Assembly (NCBI GenBank): GCA_965249575.1
Contig: OZ252244.1
Location: forward strand, 1,056,001-1,120,000
Origin: Gemmatimonadales bacterium
GTDB lineage: Bacteria; Gemmatimonadota; Gemmatimonadetes; Gemmatimonadales; GWC2-71-9
Direction: 5' to 3'
DNA length: 64,000 bases
Every line of letters begins with the position of its first letter. Position 1 is the stretch's first letter. A model generated the notes under the pieces. The model was not told where the DNA came from. It did no database searches and saw only the letters and a list, made by a program, of their open reading frames with translations. Position numbers and translations under genes: made by a program. Shown here piece after piece: positions 37,446-47,544 of the stretch.

Positions 37446-38621
37446 CAGGCCCGATCGATCTCAGCCCGGCGAATGGCGATGGTGGCGGCGGCCAACGCGA
37501 GCGCTGACGGCAGCGCAGCGGGCCGTGCGGAGCCCGCAAAGTCGCGTTCGTCGAACACCTGATCCGCTGTCGCGTTGCCCGTCTCGTGTCGGACCTGCGC
37601 CATCGCGCTGTCTAGAGCGCCGGGACCAGCAACACTCCACCCGGGAGGCCCAAAGCGTCTTGGACCGACGAAGTGCAGGGTGGGAGCGACGACCCCTCGC
37701 TTCATCGTCAGGATCGTGACGATCACTTCGAGGGCGCCGGCGGCACCCTGGGTGTGGCCGATGGCGCCTTTGGTCGAACTGACCGGAACGGTGGCCTCCC
37801 CGCCCAGCGCCCGCTGGATCCCGCGCCATTCCGACGGATCGTTGGCCTCCGTCCCTGACCCGTGCGCGTTCACGTAGCCGATATCCGAGGGTTGAAGAGA
37901 GGCATCTGCCAAGGCCGAGCGGACCGCACGGTACACCCCACCGCCCTTCGGGTCGGGCGACGTCTCGTGATGCGCATCGGCCGAAAGCCCGTACCCGGCG
38001 AGGGTGGCGATGGGCTCAGCGTTCCTGGCGAAGGCGGACTGACTGCGTTCCAGAACCAGGAAGCCGGCGCCGGCGGCGCTCGAGCAGTGCGTGAAACCCC
38101 GCGAACACCTCGGGCGAAAGCACGTCCGCTCCGCCGGTGATCACGGCATCGGCGGCGTCCATGGCAAGGAGGTCGCGTGCGATGCCGATTGCCGACGTCG
38201 AGGAGGAGCACGCGGTGGAAATCGTAATGACGGGGCCGGCAACATCCAGGTTTTGCACGACGTCCTGGGCGAGCTCGTGGACATCGCGGTCCGGGTCGCC
38301 CAACGACGTACCGAGCACGAAACCGATCCGATGGGGCGGCGGGCCGGCGGTGAGGCGCGCCTGGCACACGGCCTCCTCGGCCGCGCGCATGGCGAACTGC
38401 CTGCACAGGCCCCAAGCGGCGGATCCGCCGGAGGGCTCCACCTCCCAATCCCGCACTTCGGCGCCGGTGTGCACCATGAACTCTTCTGTGCTGAAGCGGC
38501 AAATTGCCCGGATGCCGTCCACACCCCGTTGCAGGGCGTCATCGAGCGCGGCGCAATCGTGGGCGACCGCGCAAACGGCTCCGAGGCCCGTGACTACCGC
38601 ATCAACTGGGACGGGCGGCAT
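37446..38621 (-). pseudogene. Beta-ketoacyl synthase (FabF-like), internally deleted and frameshifted
   Basis: VVTGLGAV, ISTACSSS (active Cys), GGADVL, break near 38080, GAGFLVLE..DAHHETSPD, YVNAHGSGTEAND, SSTKGAIGHTQGAAG, second break near 37640. Confidence 0.8.
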
Positions 38622-38656
38622 GTGAGGCGATGGGTCAGGTCGCGTCGCGAGGCGTT

Positions 38657-39410
38657 TTACGCACCTATAAGAAGCGTGATCAGCCCAACCAAGATGACGA
38701 TCACGCCGACGGTCCCCCAATCAATCCCCCGATGACGGCCCCTGGGCTGTCCACCCCCGCGCCGATCGCGACGAGTAACGCGCTGCCTGCGAGTATGAGG
38801 ACGCCGATGCCCATCGTCTTTAGCCCTTGCTAGGGCGCCCGTTGCGCTTGGATTGCTCCACCTGCCAAAACGCCCGCTCGCTCACCTTGGCGACGAGCCA
38901 GCGCTGCCGGGCTTCAGACTGGATATCCGACGCCGATACTTTCTCAGCCTTCACCACGTACTCGTTGACGAGCAGGCTGGGCGGCTGGTGCTGGAGCCGC
39001 CATCCCACCTGCAGCATCTGCGTGCGGAACTGGTGCCGGCGCGCGCCGGAAAGCCCGGACCGGGCGGCCTCCTCGTCCAGCGTTTCGCTGACATGACTGA
39101 CAAACGCCGGCCGCTCGCGCAGTTCGGATTGCACCCGCGCGAGGTCCTCCGGTGCCTGACCGTGGAGCAGTTCGGTGATGCCCGCAATCGACTCATCCAT
39201 GTCCGGCTGCACAGCCCACATGCGGTCCTGCATCCCCGGGTGCACCTGGGATTCTACCGGCAGATCACCGAACATTCCGGTCGCGTACATGGTCTTCAAG
39301 GATTTCCGGCCCAGCGAGTCGAGCATGGATGCGTCGCCCCGGAAGTCCGGGAAGCTGCTCGAAATCGACCATTCCTCAATGCGCCCGATGCCCAGGTCGA
39401 AGCGGTTCAG
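38657..39410 (-). pseudogene. Hypothetical membrane protein remnant (5' end missing, frameshifts in hydrophobic C-terminus)
   Basis: ORF 38820-39326 continues in other frames as MGIGVLILAGSALLVAIGAG and IGGTVGVIVILVGLITLLIGA-stop (38657). Confidence 0.5.
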
Positions 39411-39883
39411 ATAGGTACTTAGAGAGCGGCCGCATCGCGGGTCGCTGCGCCGTGGCCGAGCGCGTGTTCAGCGGGTTCGCCGAGGGATTCGCAGAGATCT
39501 ACCGCGGGCAGTACCGGCACTTTGGATCGCCGGCGTACGTCGCAACCAAGGTGACGTGGGATAGCGCGCTCTACTTCGGGTTCCACACGCTGCTGTTCCG
39601 GCACGGCCTGTTCGGGGATCCGGCCTTCCTGGCGGAGATTCGCCCCGATGTGCGCGCCGTACAGAGCGTGCAGGCGCGCGTGCAGGGAAGGTTGCGCCAG
39701 GGTGACTTTCAGCCGCTCGTGGACGTGGGCAGCGGCACTGTCGAGTGGGGCTCCATCGAGTGGCTCATGGACTGCTACTTCGGAGCCAGAGAGCAGCCGG
39801 ACCGGCGCGCCGTGCTGGCGGCGCTCCGCGCCACGCTGACTAGGCTAGAGCGCCTCGCCCGCCGTGTAGAGGGTAAAAGTTGA
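39411..39883 (+). pseudogene. C-terminal fragment of a flavin-dependent halogenase-like oxidoreductase
   Basis: IYRGQYRHFGSP..TKVTWDSALYFG resembles, from memory, the C-terminal region of halogenase-like FAD proteins; no GxGxxG N-terminus is present. Confidence 0.45.
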
Positions 39884-40581
39884 GCCTCGAGGTGGCGAGC
39901 GCCGCGTTCCTCGAGGGATACCGGCTGGCGGCGGCGGACGCTTCGCCCGCGAAGGCGCATGCGCTGATCGGGCAGCTACACGACCTGGGCCACCTCAGAA
40001 CGCCGTTTGCGTACGAGGGCGCCGCGATGGCTTGGCGCCTGAGCGACGAGCGCCGGCCCGGCGGGCGGGTGGAGGCGCTGTTCGCGGCCGCGCCGCCCGT
40101 GCGGCTTCCGTTCCTGGGACTGGGCGTGGGGTGCGCCCTTTCAAAGCTGGGCCGGGGCCTTCCCGACGAGCCGGCAATGATGGACGGCTACGGCTTTCAC
40201 GCCTGCCTGTTCGGAGGCGCCTTGGGCGGCAGGACGGAGCACACGCGACCTCGCGTGGAGCGCGGGCGCGGGTGGGCGCTGTGGTTCCGAACCGGCGGAG
40301 ACGCCGCGGCCTGTAGCCAAATGATCGCAAGGGGACCGTATGTGGGGGAACGTTGGCGCGGCGTTGCTACTGCGTGCGCGTTTGCGGGAGACCCCAGGGA
40401 ACAGGCGAGCCTCCTTACTACCTTGGCGCCCGCGTTCGCGAGCCATCTCGTGGAGGGTGTGGAAGAGGCACTCCGGTTGTGGCGCTCATTCGAAGAAGCA
40501 CCGCCGGAGAGGGTGCTTGACGTCGTCGCGTCTCTAGCGCCCCGCTGCGCCGTCCGGCAGCATCCTCCCCCCGATTCATGA
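39880..40581 (+). CDS. DUF1702 family protein (UnbL-like)
   Basis: Motif order FAYEGAAM, GVGCAL, DGYGFH, GWALWF, WRGVATACAFAG fits DUF1702; TTGA overlap with the upstream fragment. Confidence 0.65.
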   Translation: MSLEVASAAFLEGYRLAAADASPAKAHALIGQLHDLGHLRTPFAYEGAAMAWRLSDERRPGGRVEALFAAAPPVRLPFLGLGVGCALSKLGRGLPDEPAMMDGYGFHACLFGGALGGRTEHTRPRVERGRGWALWFRTGGDAAACSQMIARGPYVGERWRGVATACAFAGDPREQASLLTTLAPAFASHLVEGVEEALRLWRSFEEAPPERVLDVVASLAPRCAVRQHPPPDS

Positions 40582-40803
40582 GGCAGGCGCTTGCCCCTCA
40601 GGACGTCACGGCACGCGCAATCCGGACCTATCGATCGCGAGCCCCGAATGACGAACGGAACCGGCTACCACGCGGGATCCGTTTCGGCACTGTAGAAGTT
40701 CCGCAAGCCGCTTATGAGCCGCGTGGGACCCGCACCGTTGGGCCGCACAATAACGATCAGTGGAGGTCCTGGCAGGGGATTCGCTGTCACCCTCACGACA
40801 ATC

Positions 40804-42228
40804 CTACAGAGTGACCTCTTCCACCGAGCGCCGGATGTCCTCTATGCAGTCCCGCACCCGGTCGAGGTGGGTCCGGAACGATACGATGCACACCCGTATC
40901 ACGAACCGTCCGTCGAGAGCGGTTCCCGTCAAGTAAACACGTTTGCGTGCGTTGATCGCTTCCAAAAGCCGACGGTTGACCGCGTTGACCGCCTCCTGTT
41001 CCAGATTGGGCGGACGCAGCCGAAACGCGACGACGGTCAGCTGTGGCTCGGCGACGATCTCGAGTCGGTCGATCTTCCGAAGCTCGCGCGTGGCCCAGGT
41101 CGTTAGCTCGAGTTTCTCCTCCAGATTGGACCGAAACGCCTCGATCCCGTGCATCTTGATCGGCAGCCACACCCGCAAACCGCGGAACGGTCTGGTGAGC
41201 TCGGGAGAGATCTGATAGAAGTCGACGAATTCGTCCGTCTCCGGCGGCGGCGGCAGGTAGTGACCAGACGTGGCGTGGGCGCGGGCCAGCACGTCGCGGT
41301 CCCGCACCAACAGCGAGCCCGTCCCATACGGCATGAAGAGCGCCTTATGGGGATCGAGCGTTACGGAATGGGCCCGAGCAAGACCCTCCATGACCTGGCG
41401 GCCTCGGTGTGTGAGCGCGAAGAAGCCGCCGTACGCTGCGTCGACGTGGAGCCACATGTCCTCGTCGCGGGCCACGTCGGCCAGCCCACCCAGATCGTCA
41501 ACGGCCCCGGTGTTGACAGTCCCCGCGTTGCCGGCAATGAGAAAGGGTGTCAGCTCCTTCGACCTGTCACGCTCAATCTGATCCCGCAAGAGATCGAGGT
41601 CGATACGAAAGCGATCATCCGTGGGGATCGTCCGAAAGTTCGCCGCTGGGAACCCCGCTAGCATCACCGCCCGTTCCATCGACTGATGCACCTGGGTCGA
41701 GCCGTAGATCGTCCCCGAGAGGAAGTTCTCGGGCAATCGATCTCTCCGCGCCGCGAACACCGCGCTCAAGTTGGCCAGCGATCCGCCGCTCGTGAGGAAC
41801 CCCCCGGCGTTCGCCGGGTAGCCTATGATTTCGCAAAACCACCGGACGACGGTAGCTTCGATCTGCGCCAGGCCCGGAGCGACCGACCACACCCCGATGT
41901 AGCGATTCACCGCGGCGGCGATAAGGTCTGCCACGGCCGCGTGCAACACGCCGCCGCCCGGTATGTAGGCCAGATAGCCGGGGCCGGCCGCGTTCATGCT
42001 AACGGGAATGGCGCGCTCGAATAACGTGCTGAGGAGCTGCTCGATCGGCTGGCCCGCCTCGGGGAGTTGCTCCATGAGCGACCGGGCAACCTCCGCCCCA
42101 TTCTCCGCGTTGGAGGCTGGCTGGTTGGGCAGTGAGGCTACGTGCGGGATGATGCGGTCCAGCGCGAGATTCACCCACCGCCGGAATTCCTCCCCCGGCG
42201 GCTCGAGCACGGGATGCTGATCGCTCAC
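40804..42228 (-). CDS. Group II PLP-dependent (aromatic L-amino acid) decarboxylase
   Basis: YLAYIPGGG, TSGGSLAN, AGTVNTGAVDD, WLHVDAAYGG, TLDPHKALF, ELTRPFRGLRVW; GTG start 42228. Confidence 0.92.
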   Translation of the reverse strand: MSDQHPVLEPPGEEFRRWVNLALDRIIPHVASLPNQPASNAENGAEVARSLMEQLPEAGQPIEQLLSTLFERAIPVSMNAAGPGYLAYIPGGGVLHAAVADLIAAAVNRYIGVWSVAPGLAQIEATVVRWFCEIIGYPANAGGFLTSGGSLANLSAVFAARRDRLPENFLSGTIYGSTQVHQSMERAVMLAGFPAANFRTIPTDDRFRIDLDLLRDQIERDRSKELTPFLIAGNAGTVNTGAVDDLGGLADVARDEDMWLHVDAAYGGFFALTHRGRQVMEGLARAHSVTLDPHKALFMPYGTGSLLVRDRDVLARAHATSGHYLPPPPETDEFVDFYQISPELTRPFRGLRVWLPIKMHGIEAFRSNLEEKLELTTWATRELRKIDRLEIVAEPQLTVVAFRLRPPNLEQEAVNAVNRRLLEAINARKRVYLTGTALDGRFVIRVCIVSFRTHLDRVRDCIEDIRRSVEEVTL

Positions 42229-42434
42229 AGCGACTGCTCGTTCCAGGCCGCGGGTCCTTCGGCTCGCGAGCGGGGTAGTAGAGCGTTGGCGGGGCACATT
42301 CGTAGGTAAAGCTGGTCTACGGCCACCTTCACGCAAGTGCCGGAGACGAGGTAGCGTAGGCAGGTCGGCCGGGATCGCACGAGAGGGCGGGCACCGCCCA
42401 GTGCTGGTACGGGTCTTTGCCTCCCGGAGAGTAT

Positions 42435-42932
42435 ATGAACGCTGAACCGGTTCGGGATCTCATTCGCCGTGACCTCACTCCCGACCTGTATAACCAGATT
42501 CGCGAGGAGTGGAAGCGCCACTCGCTCGCGGAAGACAGACGGGACATCCCCGGGCTGATTTCGACACTGACCGACGACTGCGTGTACGAGGTAGTTCAGA
42601 CGGGTTATCGCTGGGAGAGACACCCGGGGGCCGTCCAGTTCTACACCGAGTTGCTGACGGCATTCCCCGACATCGATTTCGAGCTGACGGACATCGTCAT
42701 CGGGCCTCAAGGCGTATGCGAGGAAGCCAGGGCGACCGGCACCCACCTCCGCGATTGGCGAGATTTCCCGTCGACCAGTCGGCCCGTGATGTTCAGGGTC
42801 GTGATATTCTTTCCGTGGGACCTCGAACGGGAGAAATTCAGAGGTGAACGGATCTACTTCGACGTTGCGGCCGCGCTCGGTGGGAGTCCGCGTCCCGAGG
42901 ACGCCCAGGCTGACACGGGACCCCCAGCCTAG
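42435..42932 (+). CDS. SnoaL-like/NTF2 ester cyclase family protein
   Basis: LTDDCVYE, FYTELLTAFPD, TGTH, GERIYFD. Confidence 0.75.
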   Translation: MNAEPVRDLIRRDLTPDLYNQIREEWKRHSLAEDRRDIPGLISTLTDDCVYEVVQTGYRWERHPGAVQFYTELLTAFPDIDFELTDIVIGPQGVCEEARATGTHLRDWRDFPSTSRPVMFRVVIFFPWDLEREKFRGERIYFDVAAALGGSPRPEDAQADTGPPA

Positions 42933-43006
42933 GGTCGCTCCGGCGTGCCGGCTCCCGCATCGGGGTGACCGATCGCGCCACTCGCGCTCAACCTAGAGGA
43001 TCAGCC

Positions 43007-45184
43007 ATGCGTTTGCGCCAACAGCATCTGGGATTCGGGGGGCTCCTACTTGTCGTCGGGTGTGCAGGCGGGCCACCTCCCGGGGGAGTTGCACCGGCCG
43101 ACGAGGACCTCGGTCTGAGCCGTGACACCGAACGGGCGGCTTCGCAGCGTCCGCAGTTCGACACCACCATCACGCCGGGACGCTTTGACACCGGAAAGAT
43201 GTGGACCTTCGAGAACCCACCGCTCGACTATTTCGAAGCCACGTACGACTTCCGTCCGTCACCAGAGTGGCTCGACCACGTCAGGTTAGCCGCACTGCGG
43301 CTCCCCAATTGCAGTGCCTCATTCGTCTCGGCAAGCGGCCTGATGATGTCTAACCACCACTGCGCTCGGGATGGAGCGTCCGAGGTGACGCGGGATGGCG
43401 AGGATCTCCTCGAGGAAGGGTTCTACGCCGCGGACCGGAAGGACGAACGCCGAGTTCCCGGATTGCACGTCGATCAGCTCGTGGAGATTCGTAGCGTCAC
43501 CGAAGAGATTCGCACGGTAGTCGACCGGGTCGGCTCAGAGCGCGAGCGGATCCGCGCCCGCGACCGGAAGATCGAAGAGATCGAGAAACGCGTCAGCGAG
43601 GAAACCGGACACCGGTGCGAGGTGACCTCGCTCTACCATGGCGGCGCCTTTTCCCTCTACTGCTACCGGCGCTACGACGATGTCCGGCTCGTTTTCGTGC
43701 CGGAAAGCCAGATCGGATACTTCGGTGGTGACCCCGACAACTTTACGTACCCCCGCTACAACCTCGACGTGTCGTTCTTCCGAGTGTACGACGACGCCGG
43801 CTCCCCCGTCGAACCCGACGCCTACCTGCGCTGGGCCAGCGGCGGGGTTCGAGAGGGCGACGCGGTCTTCGTGGTCGGGAACCCCGGGTCGACCTCCAGG
43901 CTGAGCACAATGGCCCAGCTCCAATACAAACGGGATCATCAATATCCATCGACGCTGGATCTCCTGGAGAGCCGGGCCAACATACTCGAGCGCTACATGG
44001 AGGAGAACCCGGACAAACGCGCCGAGCACATCAACAATTATTTCAGCATCACCAACTCGCTCAAGGCGATCACCGGAGAACTGAAGGGGCTAAAGACCCC
44101 CGAGCTGCTCGGCAGGAAGGCCGCCTTCGAGCGCCAGTTTCGGCGGGCCGTTCGGGAAAACACTATGCTGTCGGACCGCTATGCCGGGGCCTGGGACTCC
44201 ATTGCCACGCTGCGGCGGCAGGTAGCACGCGTTGCACCACGGCTGAACGGACTGAATCAGGGCGGAATCCTGCGCTCGAAGGTCCTGGCGACCGCTGCTT
44301 CACTATATCAATACGCCGGCCTGGCACTGGACGAGGAGACACCCGACAGTGTTTTGCAGGAGGCGCGGAGCGAACTCGATACGACCACTATCGACCTCGA
44401 CCTCGACCGGCTCATCCTCAAGGCGCAGATCGAAGATGCCATCGAGTTGTTGGGGAGAGACGATGCCTTTGTCAGCCAAGCGCTCGCGGGCCGCCCGCTC
44501 GATGAGGCCGTTCAGAGCCTGCTGCGAAGCACACCCGTGGCCGATTCGACCCGGCGGGCAGCGCTCCTGGAAGAGCCCCAGAAAATCGTCTCGAGTCTCG
44601 ATCCGGCGATGCTGTTGGCTCGCGACGCCCTCTTTCAGCTCGGCAGGATCGCTGGGAGATACCGGCAGCTAACGGGGGCCGAAGAAGCTCAGACGGCCAG
44701 GCTCGCCCGGGCGCTGTTCGAAGTCTACGGCGATTCCATCGCGCCGGACGCCACCTTCACGCTGAGAATAGCAGACGGCGTGGTGGCGGGATACGAGTAC
44801 AACGGCACCGAGGCGCCGGCGCTTACCACGTTTTATGGCATTTACGATCGCAATCGGGGCCACCAGGCACAGGACCCATGGCATCTCCCCGCCCGGTGGC
44901 AGGACCCACCGGGCGGGTTTGACCTCGGAACGCCGCTCAACCTCGTTGTCACCAATGACATCATAGGTGGCAACTCCGGAAGTCCCCTTGTCAACACCGA
45001 CGGGGAGGTCGTGGGCCTCATTTTCGACGGCAACATCGAGAGCCTCCCGGGTGACTTCATTTACACCGATGAGACCGCCCGGGCAGTCGCCGTGCATGCG
45101 GAGGGCATCGCGTCCGCCCTCCGCGACGTCTACGGCGCGGAGGCACTGGTAGACGAGATCCTCTCCGGCGGAATGTCTCCCTGA
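43007..45184 (+). CDS. S46 family dipeptidyl peptidase (putative lipoprotein)
   Basis: GKMWTF, CSASFVS..MSNHHCA, FGGDPDNFTYPR, PDATFTLR, NDIIGGNSGSP, GLIFDGNIE; lipobox LVVGC. Confidence 0.93.
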   Translation: MRLRQQHLGFGGLLLVVGCAGGPPPGGVAPADEDLGLSRDTERAASQRPQFDTTITPGRFDTGKMWTFENPPLDYFEATYDFRPSPEWLDHVRLAALRLPNCSASFVSASGLMMSNHHCARDGASEVTRDGEDLLEEGFYAADRKDERRVPGLHVDQLVEIRSVTEEIRTVVDRVGSERERIRARDRKIEEIEKRVSEETGHRCEVTSLYHGGAFSLYCYRRYDDVRLVFVPESQIGYFGGDPDNFTYPRYNLDVSFFRVYDDAGSPVEPDAYLRWASGGVREGDAVFVVGNPGSTSRLSTMAQLQYKRDHQYPSTLDLLESRANILERYMEENPDKRAEHINNYFSITNSLKAITGELKGLKTPELLGRKAAFERQFRRAVRENTMLSDRYAGAWDSIATLRRQVARVAPRLNGLNQGGILRSKVLATAASLYQYAGLALDEETPDSVLQEARSELDTTTIDLDLDRLILKAQIEDAIELLGRDDAFVSQALAGRPLDEAVQSLLRSTPVADSTRRAALLEEPQKIVSSLDPAMLLARDALFQLGRIAGRYRQLTGAEEAQTARLARALFEVYGDSIAPDATFTLRIADGVVAGYEYNGTEAPALTTFYGIYDRNRGHQAQDPWHLPARWQDPPGGFDLGTPLNLVVTNDIIGGNSGSPLVNTDGEVVGLIFDGNIESLPGDFIYTDETARAVAVHAEGIASALRDVYGAEALVDEILSGGMSP

Positions 45185-46278
45185 CCTCGCTCGACGGCGT
45201 CCCGACGCCGGCGCTCGTGCTCGATTTGGACGTGCTCGAGAAGAATCTGTCGGGCATGGCCGAGCGGGCCAAGAGCCTCGATGTCTCGCTCCGCCCCCAC
45301 GTGAAGACCCACAAGTGCGTGGAGGTAGCCGAACGCCAGCGGGCAATCGGGGCGACGGGTATTACCGTGTCCACACTCTACGAGGCCAAGACGTTCGCCG
45401 ATCACGGATTCGAGGACATCGTCTGGGCGTTTCCTGTCATTCTGGGGCGGATACCTGAGGCGGTCGCCTTGTCAGAGCGCGTCACCTTCACGCTGGTGAT
45501 CGATTCGCTTGAGGCGGTTGACGCGCTCGAGCAGACTCGCCGTCCGCTCAGGGTCAGGCTGAAAGTGGACAGTGGCTACCATCGGGCCGGCGTGGACCCC
45601 CGCTCTGAGGCGGCGCTCGAACTGGCGCGGCGCCTCGACGCCTCGACCACGCTCGCCTTCGATGGAATCCTCACCCACTCCGGCCATGCCTACCACGCGT
45701 CTCCCAGCAGTGAGGTCGCGCGGATCGCGGAGGAGGAGCGCGGTATCATGGCGACGTTCGCGGAGCGGCTGCGTTCCAACGGCATCGAGGTGCCTACAGT
45801 GAGCGTGGGATCTACCCCGGCAATGTCGACGGTCGGGGATCTGACCGGTGTCGACGAGGCCCGCCCAGGCAACTACGCACTCTACGACTACATGCAGACC
45901 GTCTTGGGCTCCTGCGCCACGACCGATTGCGCCGCGACAGTCATCGCCAGCGTAGTATCCAACCATCCCGACACGAATCACTGTGTCGTGGATGCTGGCG
46001 CGCTGGCACTCTCCAAGGATGCAGGCACAGAGTTGGCACCCCGCGCAACGATGGGCGAGATCTTCGAGAGTTACGGGGCCGGCTCGCTGCGGCGCGACGC
46101 CCGAGTCGTCTCGGTGAGCCAGGAGCATGGCACGGTCAGCGCGCCCCTCGCCGTGGGGACCCGGGTGCGAATCCTGCCCAATCACTCCTGCCTCACGGTA
46201 GCGCAGTTCGACGAGTACTACGTGGCTCGCGGCGACGAGATCGTAGATCGCTGGAAGGTGTGGAGGGGGCGGGACTGA
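45181..46278 (+). CDS. D-threonine aldolase / D-serine dehydratase (DSD1)-like PLP fold III enzyme
   Basis: PTPALVLD upstream of the called ORF, RPHVKTHK, HRAGV, HSGH, GSTP, EARPGNY, DAGALALSKD, SQEHG, PNHSC. Start codon uncertain (CTG 45181 or GTG 45217). Confidence 0.85.
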   Translation: MTSLDGVPTPALVLDLDVLEKNLSGMAERAKSLDVSLRPHVKTHKCVEVAERQRAIGATGITVSTLYEAKTFADHGFEDIVWAFPVILGRIPEAVALSERVTFTLVIDSLEAVDALEQTRRPLRVRLKVDSGYHRAGVDPRSEAALELARRLDASTTLAFDGILTHSGHAYHASPSSEVARIAEEERGIMATFAERLRSNGIEVPTVSVGSTPAMSTVGDLTGVDEARPGNYALYDYMQTVLGSCATTDCAATVIASVVSNHPDTNHCVVDAGALALSKDAGTELAPRATMGEIFESYGAGSLRRDARVVSVSQEHGTVSAPLAVGTRVRILPNHSCLTVAQFDEYYVARGDEIVDRWKVWRGRD

Positions 46279-46317
46279 AGTGAGTCGCGCTGACTGACGA
46301 GCGGCAGTGGGTGTTGC

Positions 46318-47544
46318 CTATTTTCGGCGGGCCTCCAACTCGGCTACCACGTCCTCGAGCGACAATTTGCGCGCACGTAGCTCGACGAGCACGTGATAGA
46401 GCACGTCGGCCGCCTCCCAGCGGGCGTGATCGCGTTCGGTAGCCTCCACTAACTCCTGAGCCTCTTCGAGGACCTTCCGGTGCCGGAGGTCCTGCTCCTC
46501 TAGCAGACGGCGCGTATAGCTGGATTCCGCGGCCCCACTCGCCCGTTTCGCGATCACGCCCTCCAACCCCTCGAGTGAAAACGGCCGGTCGCCGAAGCAT
46601 GACTCGGTGCCTCGGTGACACGCCGGCCCCGCCGGCTCCACGAGAAACAGGAGAGCGTCGCGATCGCAGTCCACCTCGACCCGAATCAAGCGCTGAGTGT
46701 TCCCCGACTCCTCCCCTTTACGCCAGCGACCCCGACGCCGGGAGAATAGGATTGTCTCCCCTAGCTCGACGGCCTCGACCAGCGTATCACGGCTCGAGTG
46801 CGCCACCGTCAGTACCCGCCCGTCCCGGGCGTCCTGAATTACCGTCGGGCATGCACCACCGCCTTTATCGAAATTGACGATCGCCGCGAGGCAGTCTGCC
46901 GGTTTCAGATAGCCCTTATACAGTGCCATGCCGACCTGGGCATCGACCCCCAGACGATCCAACGCCACGATCTCCTCCATGCTGGTGATACCGCCGGCGG
47001 CCGTCACGGGAAGGTCCGTAGCGCGGCGCAGGGCCTCGACCCGCTTCAGATCGGCCCCGCTCTCCGTGCCCTCACGCTCGACGATGGTGTAGAGAAAACC
47101 GGAGACGTACGGAGTGAGCCGCTGAGCTCGCTCGATGGGCGACTCGGCGAGTACGAATGTCCAGCCGCGGTCGACCACCTTGTCGTCGCGTGCGTCGACT
47201 GCCGCGAGAAGGCGTGCACTTGGGAGCTGCGACAAAAACTCCGGTTCCGCTTTGGTGCCAATCACCAGCTTCCGGGCACCAGCGCGGAGCAGCCGCTCGG
47301 CTCGGTCGATGGTACGTATCCCTCCTCCCACGCGGCAGGGCGCCACACCGCAGATCTCTTCGACCATCGTGAGGTTGTCACCGCTTCCGAGCGCAGCGTC
47401 CAGATCCACAACTGCGATCTCGCCGACACGTGAGAACTCCTCGGCGAGCTCCCGCGGATCGCGCTCGGAGGTCACGACCAGCTCCCGCCCTTGCCGCAGC
47501 TGAACCGCGCGGCCACCCGCGATGTCGATACTCGGGATCAGCAT
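46318..47544 (-). CDS. hisIE: HisA-HisI-HisE fusion (ProFAR isomerase-like + PR-AMP cyclohydrolase + PR-ATP pyrophosphatase)
   Basis: HisA barrel IPSIDI..VDLDAA..VGGGIR..AAGGI; HisI WRKGEESGN..DCDRD..PACHRGTESCF; HisE SYTRRLL..KVLEEAQE..EAADVLYH. Confidence 0.9.
   Translation of the reverse strand: MLIPSIDIAGGRAVQLRQGRELVVTSERDPRELAEEFSRVGEIAVVDLDAALGSGDNLTMVEEICGVAPCRVGGGIRTIDRAERLLRAGARKLVIGTKAEPEFLSQLPSARLLAAVDARDDKVVDRGWTFVLAESPIERAQRLTPYVSGFLYTIVEREGTESGADLKRVEALRRATDLPVTAAGGITSMEEIVALDRLGVDAQVGMALYKGYLKPADCLAAIVNFDKGGGACPTVIQDARDGRVLTVAHSSRDTLVEAVELGETILFSRRRGRWRKGEESGNTQRLIRVEVDCDRDALLFLVEPAGPACHRGTESCFGDRPFSLEGLEGVIAKRASGAAESSYTRRLLEEQDLRHRKVLEEAQELVEATERDHARWEAADVLYHVLVELRARKLSLEDVVAELEARRK

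Noticed and set aside
40578..40814. 78-aa ORF after DUF1702
   Set aside because: No recognisable motif or composition signal, and it overlaps the convergent decarboxylase end; may be spurious or a remnant.
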